Source: an uncultured Acidobacteriaceae bacterium (GTDB lineage Bacteria > Acidobacteriota > Terriglobia > Terriglobales > Acidobacteriaceae). From it: 64,000 bases of DNA. Under the pieces are notes generated by a model. That model had not been told where the DNA came from, did not search any database, and was given only the letters and a program-made list of their open reading frames with translations. Below are positions 30,737 through 40,558 of this stretch, one piece after another (within the stretch, counting starts at the first letter, position 1; every line of letters begins with the position of its first letter). The translations under genes and the position numbers were made by a program. The DNA lies in the NCBI GenBank assembly GCA_963840675.1, contig CAWJAB010000054.1:85196-149195 (forward strand), written 5' to 3'.

Positions 30737-31873
30737 TTACGCTTTCATTTGAGCATTGGCTCGATTGAGCAACGCCTTCATGTACGCGAAGCCATAAGCC
30801 TGCTCGGCGTTGTGACCGCCTTCGAGCGAAGGCGTGTGGTCCAGGATGACGATGCCGTCGAAGTTGACCTCGTGCAGGGCCTCCATGATTTTGTACATGT
30901 CATAGTAGCCGTTATCCATGAACGTCTCGACGAAGTGGGGCAGCGGCGCGCTTACATTGCGAAAGTGGATCTTCCAGATTTTCTCCGGACCAAACGCACG
31001 AATCATCTCCGCCGGATCTTTGTGCATGAGCGCGGGGCCGCCTTCGTTCCAGCAACCGCAACAGAGGCATATGCCGACGTTGGGGCTGTTGGCGATCTCC
31101 ATCGCACGCTTGTAGCCCTCATAGTTGGCAAAGATGCAGCGCGGAACGCCTGCCAGCTCGGGTTCCGGAGGATCATCCGGATGGATGCCGATGCGCACGT
31201 TGACCTCTTCCGCGACCGGCGCAACCTGCTTGATGAAATAGGTGTAGTTCTCCCAAATTTCATCGGTTGAAAATTTCCGGCCGTGAGAGAGCGGCTCGTA
31301 AAACAACTTTCCATCCCAGCTGCCCACTTTGTTGGGGCTTGCCATGTCGAATTCGCGGGCGGAGGATCCGCGGATAACGGCTCTGCCGCTGCTCCAGATA
31401 CCGTTGCCCATGTGCGCGTAAGTGGTGTAGTAAATCCCTGCCTGCCCAAGATTACGAAGGTACTGCTTGTACTCCTCAATCTTCTGGTCGCGTCCCGGCA
31501 GGTTCAGGGTTACCTCGGGCATGTTATGCACGCTGGTGTTGCCAATGTTCCATACCGTGATGCCGGCGTCGGCATAGCGCTTCTTGATTTGCAGAAAGCC
31601 TTCCGCGGTTCTCAGGTCGGGCGTGGAACCCACGCTGACGTACTCGGCGCCAATCTGCTTGAGGAACAGGAGCTCATCATCGGTGGGCTTGGCCGAACTC
31701 TGCGCGCAGAGTTTGATGCCCGGCGCGTTCTTGTGTACAGCCGCCGAGGCCGTACGGCCCGATGACAGGAACGCACGCGCGCCCAGGGCGCCGCCCACAG
31801 CGAGCTTGAAGAATTCTCTCCGGTCAGGGTCTTGATTGCCCACGCTGCATCTCCTCCAAGTTGCAGTGACCAT
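30737..31873 (-). CDS. Tat-exported mannonate-dehydratase (UxuA)-like TIM-barrel protein
   Basis: Twin-arginine motif DRREFFKLAVGGALGARAFL. GIHPDDPP, VGICLCCGC and ILDHTP are UxuA-like. The likely start is GTG 31843 (GGAGGA 9 nt upstream) rather than ATG 31873. Confidence 0.6.
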   Translation of the reverse strand: MVTATWRRCSVGNQDPDRREFFKLAVGGALGARAFLSSGRTASAAVHKNAPGIKLCAQSSAKPTDDELLFLKQIGAEYVSVGSTPDLRTAEGFLQIKKRYADAGITVWNIGNTSVHNMPEVTLNLPGRDQKIEEYKQYLRNLGQAGIYYTTYAHMGNGIWSSGRAVIRGSSAREFDMASPNKVGSWDGKLFYEPLSHGRKFSTDEIWENYTYFIKQVAPVAEEVNVRIGIHPDDPPEPELAGVPRCIFANYEGYKRAMEIANSPNVGICLCCGCWNEGGPALMHKDPAEMIRAFGPEKIWKIHFRNVSAPLPHFVETFMDNGYYDMYKIMEALHEVNFDGIVILDHTPSLEGGHNAEQAYGFAYMKALLNRANAQMKA

Positions 31874-31920
31874 TGTATGCCTGGAGTAAAGTGGATGCGT
31901 GCCGGTCGGGAGGAGAGAGG

Positions 31921-33075
31921 ATGACTACTGATTTTTCAAGAAGAACACTGATCAAGGGGATCTGTTCGAGTGCTGCGTTGTCGGCTGCCGCGGTGTTGCC
32001 TGCTGCCGCCGCAGACGGGGAATACAAGGGCCCACACGGCCCGGGGATGCCGCAGGAAGGGCCCAACACGCCCAAGCTTTGCGCCCCGCTCGGCGGCCCG
32101 ATTAACGATGAACAGATGCGTCGCGTCAAGCAGTTGGGAGTCAACAATGTGCTGATGGGCGGCCCGCAGATGCCCTGGCAAGAGGCCGATCTGCAGGCCA
32201 CGGTGGACAAGCTCAAGACAGGCGGCCTGACCGTGGGCAACATGATGATCTCCGGATTTCCGAACTGCATCTACGGGCGCCCCGGCGCGGCCCGCGATAA
32301 GGAGATTGAAGACTTCAAGAGCTCGGTTCGCGCCGCAGGCAAGGTGGGCCTGCCGGTGGTCGAGTACAACTGGTATGCCCACCGGGCCATCGAGGGCTAC
32401 TACCTGGAAGAGGGACGCGGCGGAGCGGGTCTGACCGGGTTCAACATCAACAAGGTGGAGAACCTGCCTACTGTTCCTGAAGAGGGAGTGCATTCCGATG
32501 AGGAACTGTGGAGGAACATCACTTATTTTTTGCAGGCGGTTATTCCCACCTGCGAGCAGTCGAATGTGCGTTTGGCGCTGCACCCCAATGACCCCCCGAT
32601 CGCGATAACCCGCGGATCGGGACAGATCATGGCTTCTCTTGATGGCTGGAAGAAGCTGATCACGGTTGTGAACAGCCCGGCCAACGGCATCACTTATGAA
32701 TGCGGCGTGTCACGGGAAATGGAGGTCGATCCGGTCGAGGTTTGTAAATACTTTGGCACGCGCGACCGCATCAACCACGTGCACTACCGTAATCCAGTTG
32801 TGCGGGTCCCGCATAACGACTACACCGAGACCTTTATCGACCAGGGTGAAAACAACATGCTGGCCGTGATGCGCGAGCTGATCAAGGTGAAATACACGCG
32901 GCTGATTTATCCCGAGCACGAGCGCGCATTGGATTACGATCGCGCGGTCGGCATCCACAATGGATATCCGGGCGGCGGCGGATATACGGGGATGGTCTTT
33001 GATATCGCCTATGCGCGGGCGATGTTCCAGGCCGCCATCATGCTGGAACAAGGCACCGAGTGGAAGGAGTTCTGA
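31921..33075 (+). CDS. Tat-exported mannonate-dehydratase (UxuA)-like TIM-barrel protein, divergent paralogue
   Basis: ATG 31921 gives MTTDFSRRTLIKGICSSAALSAAAVLPAAAA (Tat signal). LALHPNDPP, INHVHYRN and IYPEHERAL. Confidence 0.6.
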   Translation: MTTDFSRRTLIKGICSSAALSAAAVLPAAAADGEYKGPHGPGMPQEGPNTPKLCAPLGGPINDEQMRRVKQLGVNNVLMGGPQMPWQEADLQATVDKLKTGGLTVGNMMISGFPNCIYGRPGAARDKEIEDFKSSVRAAGKVGLPVVEYNWYAHRAIEGYYLEEGRGGAGLTGFNINKVENLPTVPEEGVHSDEELWRNITYFLQAVIPTCEQSNVRLALHPNDPPIAITRGSGQIMASLDGWKKLITVVNSPANGITYECGVSREMEVDPVEVCKYFGTRDRINHVHYRNPVVRVPHNDYTETFIDQGENNMLAVMRELIKVKYTRLIYPEHERALDYDRAVGIHNGYPGGGGYTGMVFDIAYARAMFQAAIMLEQGTEWKEF

Positions 33076-33078
33076 TTT

Positions 33079-34044
33079 CTAGGGTTCGGGCGCGGGTGCA
33101 GGAGGCGTATGCGGGTGCGGCTTGATCGCGTCCGCCAGCAGCGCGTCGAATTCAGAACGCGGCATCTTCAGCTTCTCAGGATGGGCATCGATGTATTTGC
33201 CAAGCCCTTCAAACTTCGCCGGCGTCCAACCACCTTCGAACTCGGCCCCGTTCTTGCCTTCACGGTTCAATTCGAAGTTGTAGTCATCCATCAGGTTGGT
33301 GAACTCCGCCTTGCTGATTGCGGATTCGGCGAGAATCGCAGGAATGAAGATGACTCCGTCCGTCTTGGCTAAGACCAGGTCTCCGGGCAACACAGTCGCG
33401 CGCCCGATGCGAATAGGGGAATTGATTGCCGTCAAGGTCATCTGCGCCCACGCGGAGGGATCGTAGCCTTTATAGAATCCGTTGAAGTTGGGGATCTCGC
33501 GGTTCTCCTCCTGGTCGCGTATGCCCCCGTAGAACACAAACCCGGTATGGGTGTGCGCGGCAATGCCGTTGCCCAGGTTGGAGCCAATCAACGTACCTTC
33601 AATGATCTTGCCAAAGCCGTCGGCAACGTACACATCGTTGAGCTGCAGTTCGTTGATTGGCCAACTATTGTTTCCGCTAACGCGGCCTTCGGCCTTTCCC
33701 TCCGCGGCAATGGCCCTGGCCATATCCGCCCGCACCGGCATGTATTGCGCGGTGAGCGCCCGGCCGGCAAACGGCTTTTCGATATGCAATGCCTCCCAAT
33801 TCCCTTCAAACTGGTTGGCATAGCCATGCGCTCGCAGGTAATCCCACACGTCTTCAATCGAGACATCCAAAGCACGCTTGAGCAGATCGTCGGGAACCTT
33901 CGGCCGTCCGTCAGGGAAGCGTTCGCCTTTCCAGTCTGACGTGTAGAACATCATCTGTTCCTTCGTCATCTTTACCTGAGAAAAGGCAGCCGAAGCTCCC
34001 AACAAAGTCCAGGTAATCACCACCGCTACAATCAATTTTTTCAT
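33079..34044 (-). CDS. Sec-exported RraA-family protein (HMG/CHA aldolase / oxaloacetate decarboxylase-like)
   Basis: ATG 34044 (AGGAGA upstream) gives MKKLIVAVVITWTLLGASAAFSQ. RraA-like core GSNLGNGIAAHTHTGFVFYGGIRD..PGDLVLAKTDGVIFIP. Confidence 0.6.
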   Translation of the reverse strand: MKKLIVAVVITWTLLGASAAFSQVKMTKEQMMFYTSDWKGERFPDGRPKVPDDLLKRALDVSIEDVWDYLRAHGYANQFEGNWEALHIEKPFAGRALTAQYMPVRADMARAIAAEGKAEGRVSGNNSWPINELQLNDVYVADGFGKIIEGTLIGSNLGNGIAAHTHTGFVFYGGIRDQEENREIPNFNGFYKGYDPSAWAQMTLTAINSPIRIGRATVLPGDLVLAKTDGVIFIPAILAESAISKAEFTNLMDDYNFELNREGKNGAEFEGGWTPAKFEGLGKYIDAHPEKLKMPRSEFDALLADAIKPHPHTPPAPAPEP

Positions 34045-34102
34045 GGGAGTCTCCTGCCTCGAACACCATATCATTGCGGGGAAATTCGCGCCAAACGCAA
34101 GA

Positions 34103-35077
34103 CTAGTACGGAGGCGGCCGGTTGCTGAACTTGCGGCCAATCGCCGCCGTCTCCGGGCTGGCGGGCCCCACCATCACGCCTTCTTTGATCAGGGAAATTA
34201 CGTCTTTGGAGGTGAACGCGTTCAGGAAAAATATATGGTTCGCTTTGCAGGCGGCAAAGACCCTGCTGCGCGCGGCAACCATCCTGGGATCCTGCATCGC
34301 CGCCTCACCGCGTGCAACCACTTCCAACGACATCGCCATATCTCCAGGCCCCCACTCGGCCATGCCGATGCCGGGAACTTTCAGGTTCTGGTCGACATTG
34401 GCAAGCGCGTATTTGTCTTCTTCCTTGACGCCGAGCAGCAGTTCGCCGTTCGGATTCAACGGCCAGGGATCTGCCTTTTCCTCGTATTCCTGCTCCGAGA
34501 CTCCCCAGATCTGCGCGGCAGTAGGAACCCCGTGCACACCCCGGCGCCCTTCAGGGAGCCCATCTTCGCCCACGCCCTGGTGATGAATGGGAAAGCGCAC
34601 CGCTTCTACAAAGGCGCGGATCGCGCCCGGGTCGTCGGCGTGGGTAAGCATAATGCCATGCACGCCCGTCGCCAGCACCTGGCTGAACATCCAGGCATTG
34701 GCATGCACGGCGGCGGCATCCAGGCCATTCACCGGCACATTGACAATCACGGCCGGCGTACGATGGCCGCTGCGGTCAGGACCGCCGGCCACCAGCCCGC
34801 GCATGTACTCCTGCAGCCCCTTTACGTCGTAGGGGGCGTGCTCCATGTCGTAGCTTATGTAGTCCGCGTAGGTTTGCGCGTCCTTGACTCCCTGCTCATA
34901 GGTGCCGGCGGTTCCCGAATGCGACCCGGCGTAGTAGATGGGCTGGCCTTTCGCCAGCAACTCGATGGCCTGGTTGATGCGCTTGGGCTTCGCCGGTTGC
35001 GCCGCGATGGTAATAGTGACCGCGGCCAGCAGAACAGATGCCGATACAAGGAACTTTGCCTTTCCAGTCTTCTTCAC
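34103..35077 (-). CDS. Sec-exported HpcH/HpaI-family class II aldolase (2-keto-3-deoxy-acid aldolase-like)
   Basis: No in-frame ATG lies before the conserved core. GTG 35077 (AGGGGGA upstream) gives VKKTGKAKFLVSASVLLAAVTITIAAQPA. Core motifs YISYDMEHAPYD, GIMLTHADD and GMAEWGPGDMAMSL. Confidence 0.7.
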   Translation of the reverse strand: MKKTGKAKFLVSASVLLAAVTITIAAQPAKPKRINQAIELLAKGQPIYYAGSHSGTAGTYEQGVKDAQTYADYISYDMEHAPYDVKGLQEYMRGLVAGGPDRSGHRTPAVIVNVPVNGLDAAAVHANAWMFSQVLATGVHGIMLTHADDPGAIRAFVEAVRFPIHHQGVGEDGLPEGRRGVHGVPTAAQIWGVSEQEYEEKADPWPLNPNGELLLGVKEEDKYALANVDQNLKVPGIGMAEWGPGDMAMSLEVVARGEAAMQDPRMVAARSRVFAACKANHIFFLNAFTSKDVISLIKEGVMVGPASPETAAIGRKFSNRPPPY

Positions 35078-35204
35078 AAGCCATCCCCCTAACCATTCAG
35101 GCCACGCGAATACTATTGCAGCCGGGCGATCAACACAAGAACTCTTCGGCAGGTGTACCCTTCTTCGAGAGCATTCATCGCCATCATGGCTAAGAAGAGG
35201 GTCC

Positions 35205-36540
35205 GTGAAACGTCGTGAACTATTGAAGTCCATCGGAGGTGTCAGCCTGTGCGGTCTGGCTTCGCCTCTCTTGCGGTCGCAGGAGCAGGTTGCCCGCGCC
35301 ACCCGGGGCATGGCCACGCCTCGCATCAAGGATATTAGCGTGATCGAGTGTGAGCCCGCCGGCACGCGGCTTACCGTAGTCAAAATCACCACCGACCAGG
35401 ATGGCCTCTACGGCTATGGCTGCGCCACCTTCACCCAGCGCGCCGACCTGGTCAAACCGGCAGTCGAGAAATATCTGAAACCGTTCCTGCTTAATAAGAC
35501 CACGGACCGGATCGAAGATATCTGGCAATCGTGTTACGACAGCTCGTACTGGAAGAACGGGCCGGTGCTGAACAACGCCATCAGCGGCGTCGATCAGGCG
35601 CTGTGGGATATCAAGGGCCGGCAGGCGGGCATGCCCGTCTATCAGCTTGCCGGCGGCAAATGCCGGGAAGCCGTCGATGCCTATACCCATGCCGATGGCC
35701 CTGACTTTCAGGCCGTGGTTGAGAGCGCGAAGGGTTTTATCGCCCAGGGATTCCGCAACGTTCGGGTGCAGGTTGGCATTCCCGGCATGGCGGGCTATGG
35801 CTCGAGACGAGGCGGCAGCACCACGCTGAAGGCGCTGCACGATAAACCGCTCTTCGAGCCGGCCTACGATTTTCGCCGCTCCCTGAAGCTGCTTGAAGTC
35901 TGCCGCCAGGAACTAGGCGACGAGGTCGAGCTGCTGCACGATATGCACGAGCGGCTCACACCCAACCAGGCGGTGCAGTTCTGCAAAGAGGCGGAAAAGT
36001 TTCACATGTTCTTTCTCGAAGATCCGCTGTCGCCGGAAGACTTGGCCTACTTCCAGCAGATTCGCCAGAACTGCGCCACGCCCATTGCGATGGGTGAGCT
36101 CTTCAACAACCCACACGAATGGCAGCCTTTAATCGAGGGGCGGCTTATCGATTACATCCGGGTGCATGTTTCGCAGGCAGGCGGCTTCACGCCCGTCACG
36201 CAAGATCGCGATCCTGGCGGAGCAGTACGGGGTCAAGACCGCATGGCACGGTCCAGGCGATGTCTCACCCGTAGGCCATATGGCCAACGTGACCCTGGAT
36301 ATTGTCAGCTATAACTTCGGCATTCAGGAGTACTCGCCCTTCAACGAACAGACCCAGGAGATTTTTCACGGCTGCCCGGTAATGAAGGACGGATACATGT
36401 GGGTGAACGAAACACCGGGCTGGGGAATCGAGATCGACGAGAAAGCCGCGGCCAAGGCGCCGTTTAATCCTGGACAAAACAACCTGAACGGCGGATGGGG
36501 AGAAGTGCGGAAGCGCGACGGCACTGTGATCAAGCAGTAA
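35205..36540 (+). pseudogene. Tat-exported enolase-superfamily D-mannonate/galactonate dehydratase (ManD-like); one frame change
   Basis: GTG 35205 gives VKRRELLKSIGGVSLCGLASPLL (Tat signal). ITTDQDGLYGYGCATF, ISGVDQALWDIKGR, LLHDMHERL, FFLEDP and IDYIRVHVSQAGGFTP are in ORF 34938..36314. RKIAILAEQYGVKTAWHGPGDVSPVG..NFGIQE is in ORF 36166..36540. The join is at 36191-36197. Confidence 0.8.
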
Positions 36541-38580
36541 TCAATGTGCAAGCGCTGTACGCACAGAAACCGGCGCCAGCTGGATCGTAACTACGGTGAT
36601 GTCGTCCGACTGGCCATAAGTCTGCGCGGCCTGAGCGATCGCGGCAGCAGGCAAGACCGACAGCTCTTGTGTGCGCGCGAAGCCGAGAAGTTCGCGTCGC
36701 GCATTCGTTGCTTCCACCACTCCGTCGGAAACAAAGGTAAGCCGAGCCGCTTCGGGCAGCTCCACGGTCTGCTCGGTGTAGTCCGCCGTGCTGCTGATGC
36801 CCAGCGGAAGACCATTTGCCAGGTTCACCTCAGCGCCGTTGAGGTAGGGTGCGAGATGACCCGCGTTGGAGATAGTCATGGTTCCACTAGCGGTAATGCG
36901 GGCGCAGAGACAGGTGACGAAGCCTCCGTCTGTCTGCCCCGTGAGCTGCTGGTTGAGCAGCGTGAGCGAGCGGGCCGGGGATAGTCGTTGAGCCGCGAGC
37001 GCCCGGATGGCGCCTACAATCAGCGTGCCGATCATGGCTGCGCTGAGCCCTTTGCCGCTCACATCTCCAATGTAGAAAAGCAACCCGCCGTCCGGCTCGG
37101 GAAAGGCCTGGTAGAAATCGCCGCCCACTTCCGCGGCCGCGATGTACGCCGCCTCGATGGAAAACCTCCCCAGCGCCGGAAATGTTACCGGCACCAGCCG
37201 GCTCTGCACGCGATGCGCCGCCGCTAGTTCCGCTGCAGAGCGCTCCTGCTCCCGATTGGTGGAAAGGAAACGGTAGCCCAAGATTACGGGAAAGCTCAGC
37301 ATATAAAAGCAGATCGCGATGCTGGAAAAGACGAAGTGCACCGGCCCCAGATGAAGGTCCGGAATGAGGCTATTGGGAGTTTTTGTCCATCCCATTACAT
37401 AGACTACGTAGGAAAAGAAATCCAGCGGCAAGGCAAGGCCGAAGAACACCACAGGCGGCAGGAGGATGGCAGCTTCCCGCTTGCCGCGCAGGTACCAGAC
37501 CACCAACAGCACAAAAGAAAGAACGGCATAGGAGAACGTCACTACCCCTGCTGTTGAATTGAGGGTGACTCCATTGACCAGCCCGTAGTACGCGAGCACT
37601 CCCAGGCTGGCGCATGCCAGCAGCGCCACCTGGTAGAGGCGCACAATCATTCCCGGCCGCTGACCGATGAAGCGGAAAAGGAATTCAATCCCCGCCACGA
37701 TACTGGCGTAACCCAAAGCGATGTAGCTTATCTCGAAGGACCTCAGTGGCAGCACGCCGAGGGCGCCGAGAACGCCGTCGGCATAGTAGAGGCCGATCAA
37801 CGCCAGGCTGATGCCCGCCCACAGATACTCGCGGTGCGGGCGCTCCGCGAGGAAAAGGCAGATAAGGCCGCCGCCGATCAGCATACCCAGCAGCGCAACC
37901 ACGATATCGTCGAACTGGTAGATGACCTGCGTGCTGCGAATCGCTGTCTGCTGAGTATTGATGGCTGTCGAGGGCCCGATCCAAACCGTGCGCGGCCTGA
38001 TCATAGCGATGGGGCGATGTTGCGGCGCCCAGAGGCGAATCGCCAGCACGGCCGCCGTCCCGGTGGCTGTGTCTCCCAAAGGAAACACCAGCGGCGCCGG
38101 CAGGCGATAACCGTAAATCGATCCGAAACTGCCGTAGTTGCCGATCGATTGTCCGTTGGAAAAAACCTGATAACTGTTCCCCACCTGGTCCAGGAGAAGG
38201 CTGAGTGGCCCGCGGGCCAAAGGAAGGCGCAAGTGGATCCGCAGCCACACGAAACCGCGGGAGGTGGCGAAGTTTTGATCGTCGATACCCCTCTGCGGAT
38301 CGAATGGCCGCCAGGCCGCGTCGTCATACGCGAGGCTGGACCATTGGGGATCGTCGCCGGTGTGGAAGCGCCAGCCCTGATCAAGGGCGACCGGCTCGCC
38401 CATACGGGTGGCATCCACCACCGAGGGCTGAGCTAAAGTTTGGCCGGGCGTATCACGGCGAGTCTCGCTTGGGGCTTCGCCGGGAGTATGACCGAAAGCC
38501 GGAAAGGCGGATGCCACCAAGATCGCCAACGCGATGGGCGGGATCGGTAACCAGCTCGTGAGCCTTCGCCGTGCATTCAT
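36541..38580 (-). CDS. 7TM-DISM sensor fused to a PP2C/SpoIIE-type serine phosphatase
   Basis: Signal peptide, then a periplasmic DISMED2-like domain (LDQGWRFHTGDDPQW..WLRIHLRL), seven hydrophobic segments, and a C-terminal PP2C domain (GGDFYQAF..FYIGDVSGKGLSAAM..ISNAGH..FVSDGV). Confidence 0.75.
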   Translation of the reverse strand: MNARRRLTSWLPIPPIALAILVASAFPAFGHTPGEAPSETRRDTPGQTLAQPSVVDATRMGEPVALDQGWRFHTGDDPQWSSLAYDDAAWRPFDPQRGIDDQNFATSRGFVWLRIHLRLPLARGPLSLLLDQVGNSYQVFSNGQSIGNYGSFGSIYGYRLPAPLVFPLGDTATGTAAVLAIRLWAPQHRPIAMIRPRTVWIGPSTAINTQQTAIRSTQVIYQFDDIVVALLGMLIGGGLICLFLAERPHREYLWAGISLALIGLYYADGVLGALGVLPLRSFEISYIALGYASIVAGIEFLFRFIGQRPGMIVRLYQVALLACASLGVLAYYGLVNGVTLNSTAGVVTFSYAVLSFVLLVVWYLRGKREAAILLPPVVFFGLALPLDFFSYVVYVMGWTKTPNSLIPDLHLGPVHFVFSSIAICFYMLSFPVILGYRFLSTNREQERSAAELAAAHRVQSRLVPVTFPALGRFSIEAAYIAAAEVGGDFYQAFPEPDGGLLFYIGDVSGKGLSAAMIGTLIVGAIRALAAQRLSPARSLTLLNQQLTGQTDGGFVTCLCARITASGTMTISNAGHLAPYLNGAEVNLANGLPLGISSTADYTEQTVELPEAARLTFVSDGVVEATNARRELLGFARTQELSVLPAAAIAQAAQTYGQSDDITVVTIQLAPVSVRTALAH

Positions 38581-38606
38581 GGCTGGTGGGTGTCTCTCTG
38601 GCCTGG

Positions 38607-39440
38607 TTACAGCTTGAAGAGCTCGCGGAGGCGGCGGGTCTGCGCCCGGCTGACCGGAATCTCGGTCTGTTTGCGATCATCCATGCGCAGCTGGTAGCTG
38701 CTCTTGAACCAAGGCACCACTTCCTTGATGTGGTTGATGTTCACCACGTAGGAGCGGTGGGCTCGCCAGAACACAGACGGATCGAGTAGCTCCAACAGCT
38801 CTTCAATCGTGCGGCACTTGGAGTGACCTTCGAGGGTAGGCGTCACCACCGAGATGATGCCCTCTTCGATGGCCGCGAAGCAGATATCCTTCTGGTCGGC
38901 CAGAAAGAGCCGGTTATGAGCCTGCAGAATAATCTTTCCGCTGCGTGGGCGAACTCCGGCCTGTTGTTGTTCCATCAGACGGAGCAAGGCATCCAGACGC
39001 GCATCCGACGGCCTGACGTCGGCACCGTTCTCCGGTGCTGGCTCAGAGTCGAGCGGGTGGGCCTCATGCAAGCGGTGGCGGGCTCGCTCCAGAGCCTGCA
39101 ACACCCGGGCGCGGTCAAACGGCTTGAGCAGATAATCGATGGCGTTCACATCGAAGGCGCGCACGGCGTACTGGTCAAAAGCAGTGGCGAAAATAATCTG
39201 AGGCATGCGATCGGCGTGGTCACGCTCCAGCAGCTTTTTCAGCACGGCGAAGCCGTCCAGGCCTGGCATCTGCACGTCCAGAAACACTACATCCGGATGG
39301 TGCGTACGAATCAGGTCCACCGCCTCGATGCCGTTCTGCCCCTGCGCGATCACCTCAACCCCTCCCACCGAGTCCAGAAGGTATTTGAGTTCTTCGCGCG
39401 CGAGCCGTTCATCATCGACGATGAGCGCAGTCATGGGCAT
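38607..39440 (-). CDS. LytTR-family two-component response regulator
   Basis: Receiver domain (ALIVDDERLAREEL..DVVFLDVQMPGLDGF) and LytTR DNA-binding domain (ICFAAIEEGIISV..FWRAHRSYVVNINHIKEV). Confidence 0.85.
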   Translation of the reverse strand: MPMTALIVDDERLAREELKYLLDSVGGVEVIAQGQNGIEAVDLIRTHHPDVVFLDVQMPGLDGFAVLKKLLERDHADRMPQIIFATAFDQYAVRAFDVNAIDYLLKPFDRARVLQALERARHRLHEAHPLDSEPAPENGADVRPSDARLDALLRLMEQQQAGVRPRSGKIILQAHNRLFLADQKDICFAAIEEGIISVVTPTLEGHSKCRTIEELLELLDPSVFWRAHRSYVVNINHIKEVVPWFKSSYQLRMDDRKQTEIPVSRAQTRRLRELFKL

Positions 39441-39493
39441 GGCTTATTAGAGCATCTTTCGCAATGCGATGAAATCTCTGACGGTTGTTACGA

Positions 39494-39518
39494 GCAGCTT
39501 TCCTTGTCGGAAAGCTGC
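39494..39518 (-). terminator. Stem-loop downstream of the zinc-ribbon gene (weak terminator candidate)
   Basis: GCAGCTTTCC-TTGTC-GGAAAGCTGC, a 10-bp stem with no U-tract after it on the minus strand. Confidence 0.3.
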
Positions 39519-39608
39519 GCAAACCTCTGTGGCTTCGGCCTACATCTTTGCGAAAATGCTCTCGGCACTTTCACTACAACTATGTACGGCGGGTCTTCCT
39601 GGGGGGAC

Positions 39609-40154
39609 TCAGGATTGAAAGGCACGCAGGCGAGCGGGCATATTATCCGCGGCCAGTTCGTGGCCGCAGTAGACGCAATAGAGGTCGGTGACGCGAACGC
39701 CACGGTGGCAATTGCCGCAGGACGCGGAGACCTGGTAGGCGCATTGCGGGCAGAAATGGAACTCGGTGTGAATGCTGGTGCCGCACGAGGGGCAGCGCGC
39801 AACCACCGGTTGGCGGAGCAGAAAGTAGAGCACCGGGCCGGGGCCGCCCGGCATGACCAGGCAGATCACCACCCACAAGCGCGTGCTCATGCTGCGCCGC
39901 GGCGCATCCCGGCTCACGTAGCCGACCATGAGCATATACATTGCCGCCAGCGTGCTCCAGGAGAGCGCGAAGTAAAAGCGCAGGCCAAAGGGCGCAGTGG
40001 ACGGCTTCAAACGATGGGCCGGAAGAATGACCCAGAAAAGATACTGCATGAACATGAACGCCAGCGCAGCCGAGGCGATCGACCAGGACGGAATCAGCTT
40101 CATCTCGTCGGTGAGGCAAGAGGCCTTTTCCGCGTTGTGTGAGGGAATAATCAT
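39609..40154 (-). CDS. Membrane protein with C-terminal double zinc-ribbon
   Basis: Three hydrophobic segments, then CPSCGTSIHTEFHFCPQCAYQVSASCGNCHRGVRVTDLYCVYCGHEL. The start overlaps the upstream stop (ATGA). Confidence 0.5.
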   Translation of the reverse strand: MIIPSHNAEKASCLTDEMKLIPSWSIASAALAFMFMQYLFWVILPAHRLKPSTAPFGLRFYFALSWSTLAAMYMLMVGYVSRDAPRRSMSTRLWVVICLVMPGGPGPVLYFLLRQPVVARCPSCGTSIHTEFHFCPQCAYQVSASCGNCHRGVRVTDLYCVYCGHELAADNMPARLRAFQS

Positions 40155-40558
40155 TTTTCTATCGGACGGAAGATCTCAAAGCCACCCCTGTCGTGCTCCA
40201 CGTCCCGCTGCCCTTTCCACACCGCGATCAAAGCAGCCAGCATCGCTAGAAAAAGCATCAGGGCGGAAAAGGCCAGCAGGGTGGGCAAATCGAAGAGACG
40301 TTCTCCGGCCAGAAGATCTTCCATACCGATCCAGAGGGAAGGCCCAAGCATCACCAGCAGGAAGACGAAACCTAAAATAGCGAGGCCCAGACTCCGGCGT
40401 TGGCGTACGCGCCGTTCCTGGGTAGAGATGACCTCATCGCGCACCGCACGGCGGGTCTTTTGCGCCACTACAAGGTTGGCATCGGAGTCCATCCAGGCAA
40501 GCGAGCGAGCGACATCCTTGGGGGGACCCTGAGGGCCCCTTGGTTGCGTTCCACTCAT
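40151..40558 (-). CDS. Small two-TM membrane protein, putative anti-sigma factor partner
   Basis: Translationally coupled (4-nt overlap) to the ECF sigma gene upstream. No recognisable zf-HC2 motif. Confidence 0.4.
   Translation of the reverse strand: MSGTQPRGPQGPPKDVARSLAWMDSDANLVVAQKTRRAVRDEVISTQERRVRQRRSLGLAILGFVFLLVMLGPSLWIGMEDLLAGERLFDLPTLLAFSALMLFLAMLAALIAVWKGQRDVEHDRGGFEIFRPIEK

Noticed and set aside
31843-31921. Apparent overlap of the two divergent UxuA-like ORFs at 31873
   Set aside because: This is an artefact of taking the longest ORFs. The better-supported starts (GTG 31843 on the minus strand, ATG 31921 on the plus strand) leave a 77-nt divergent promoter region.
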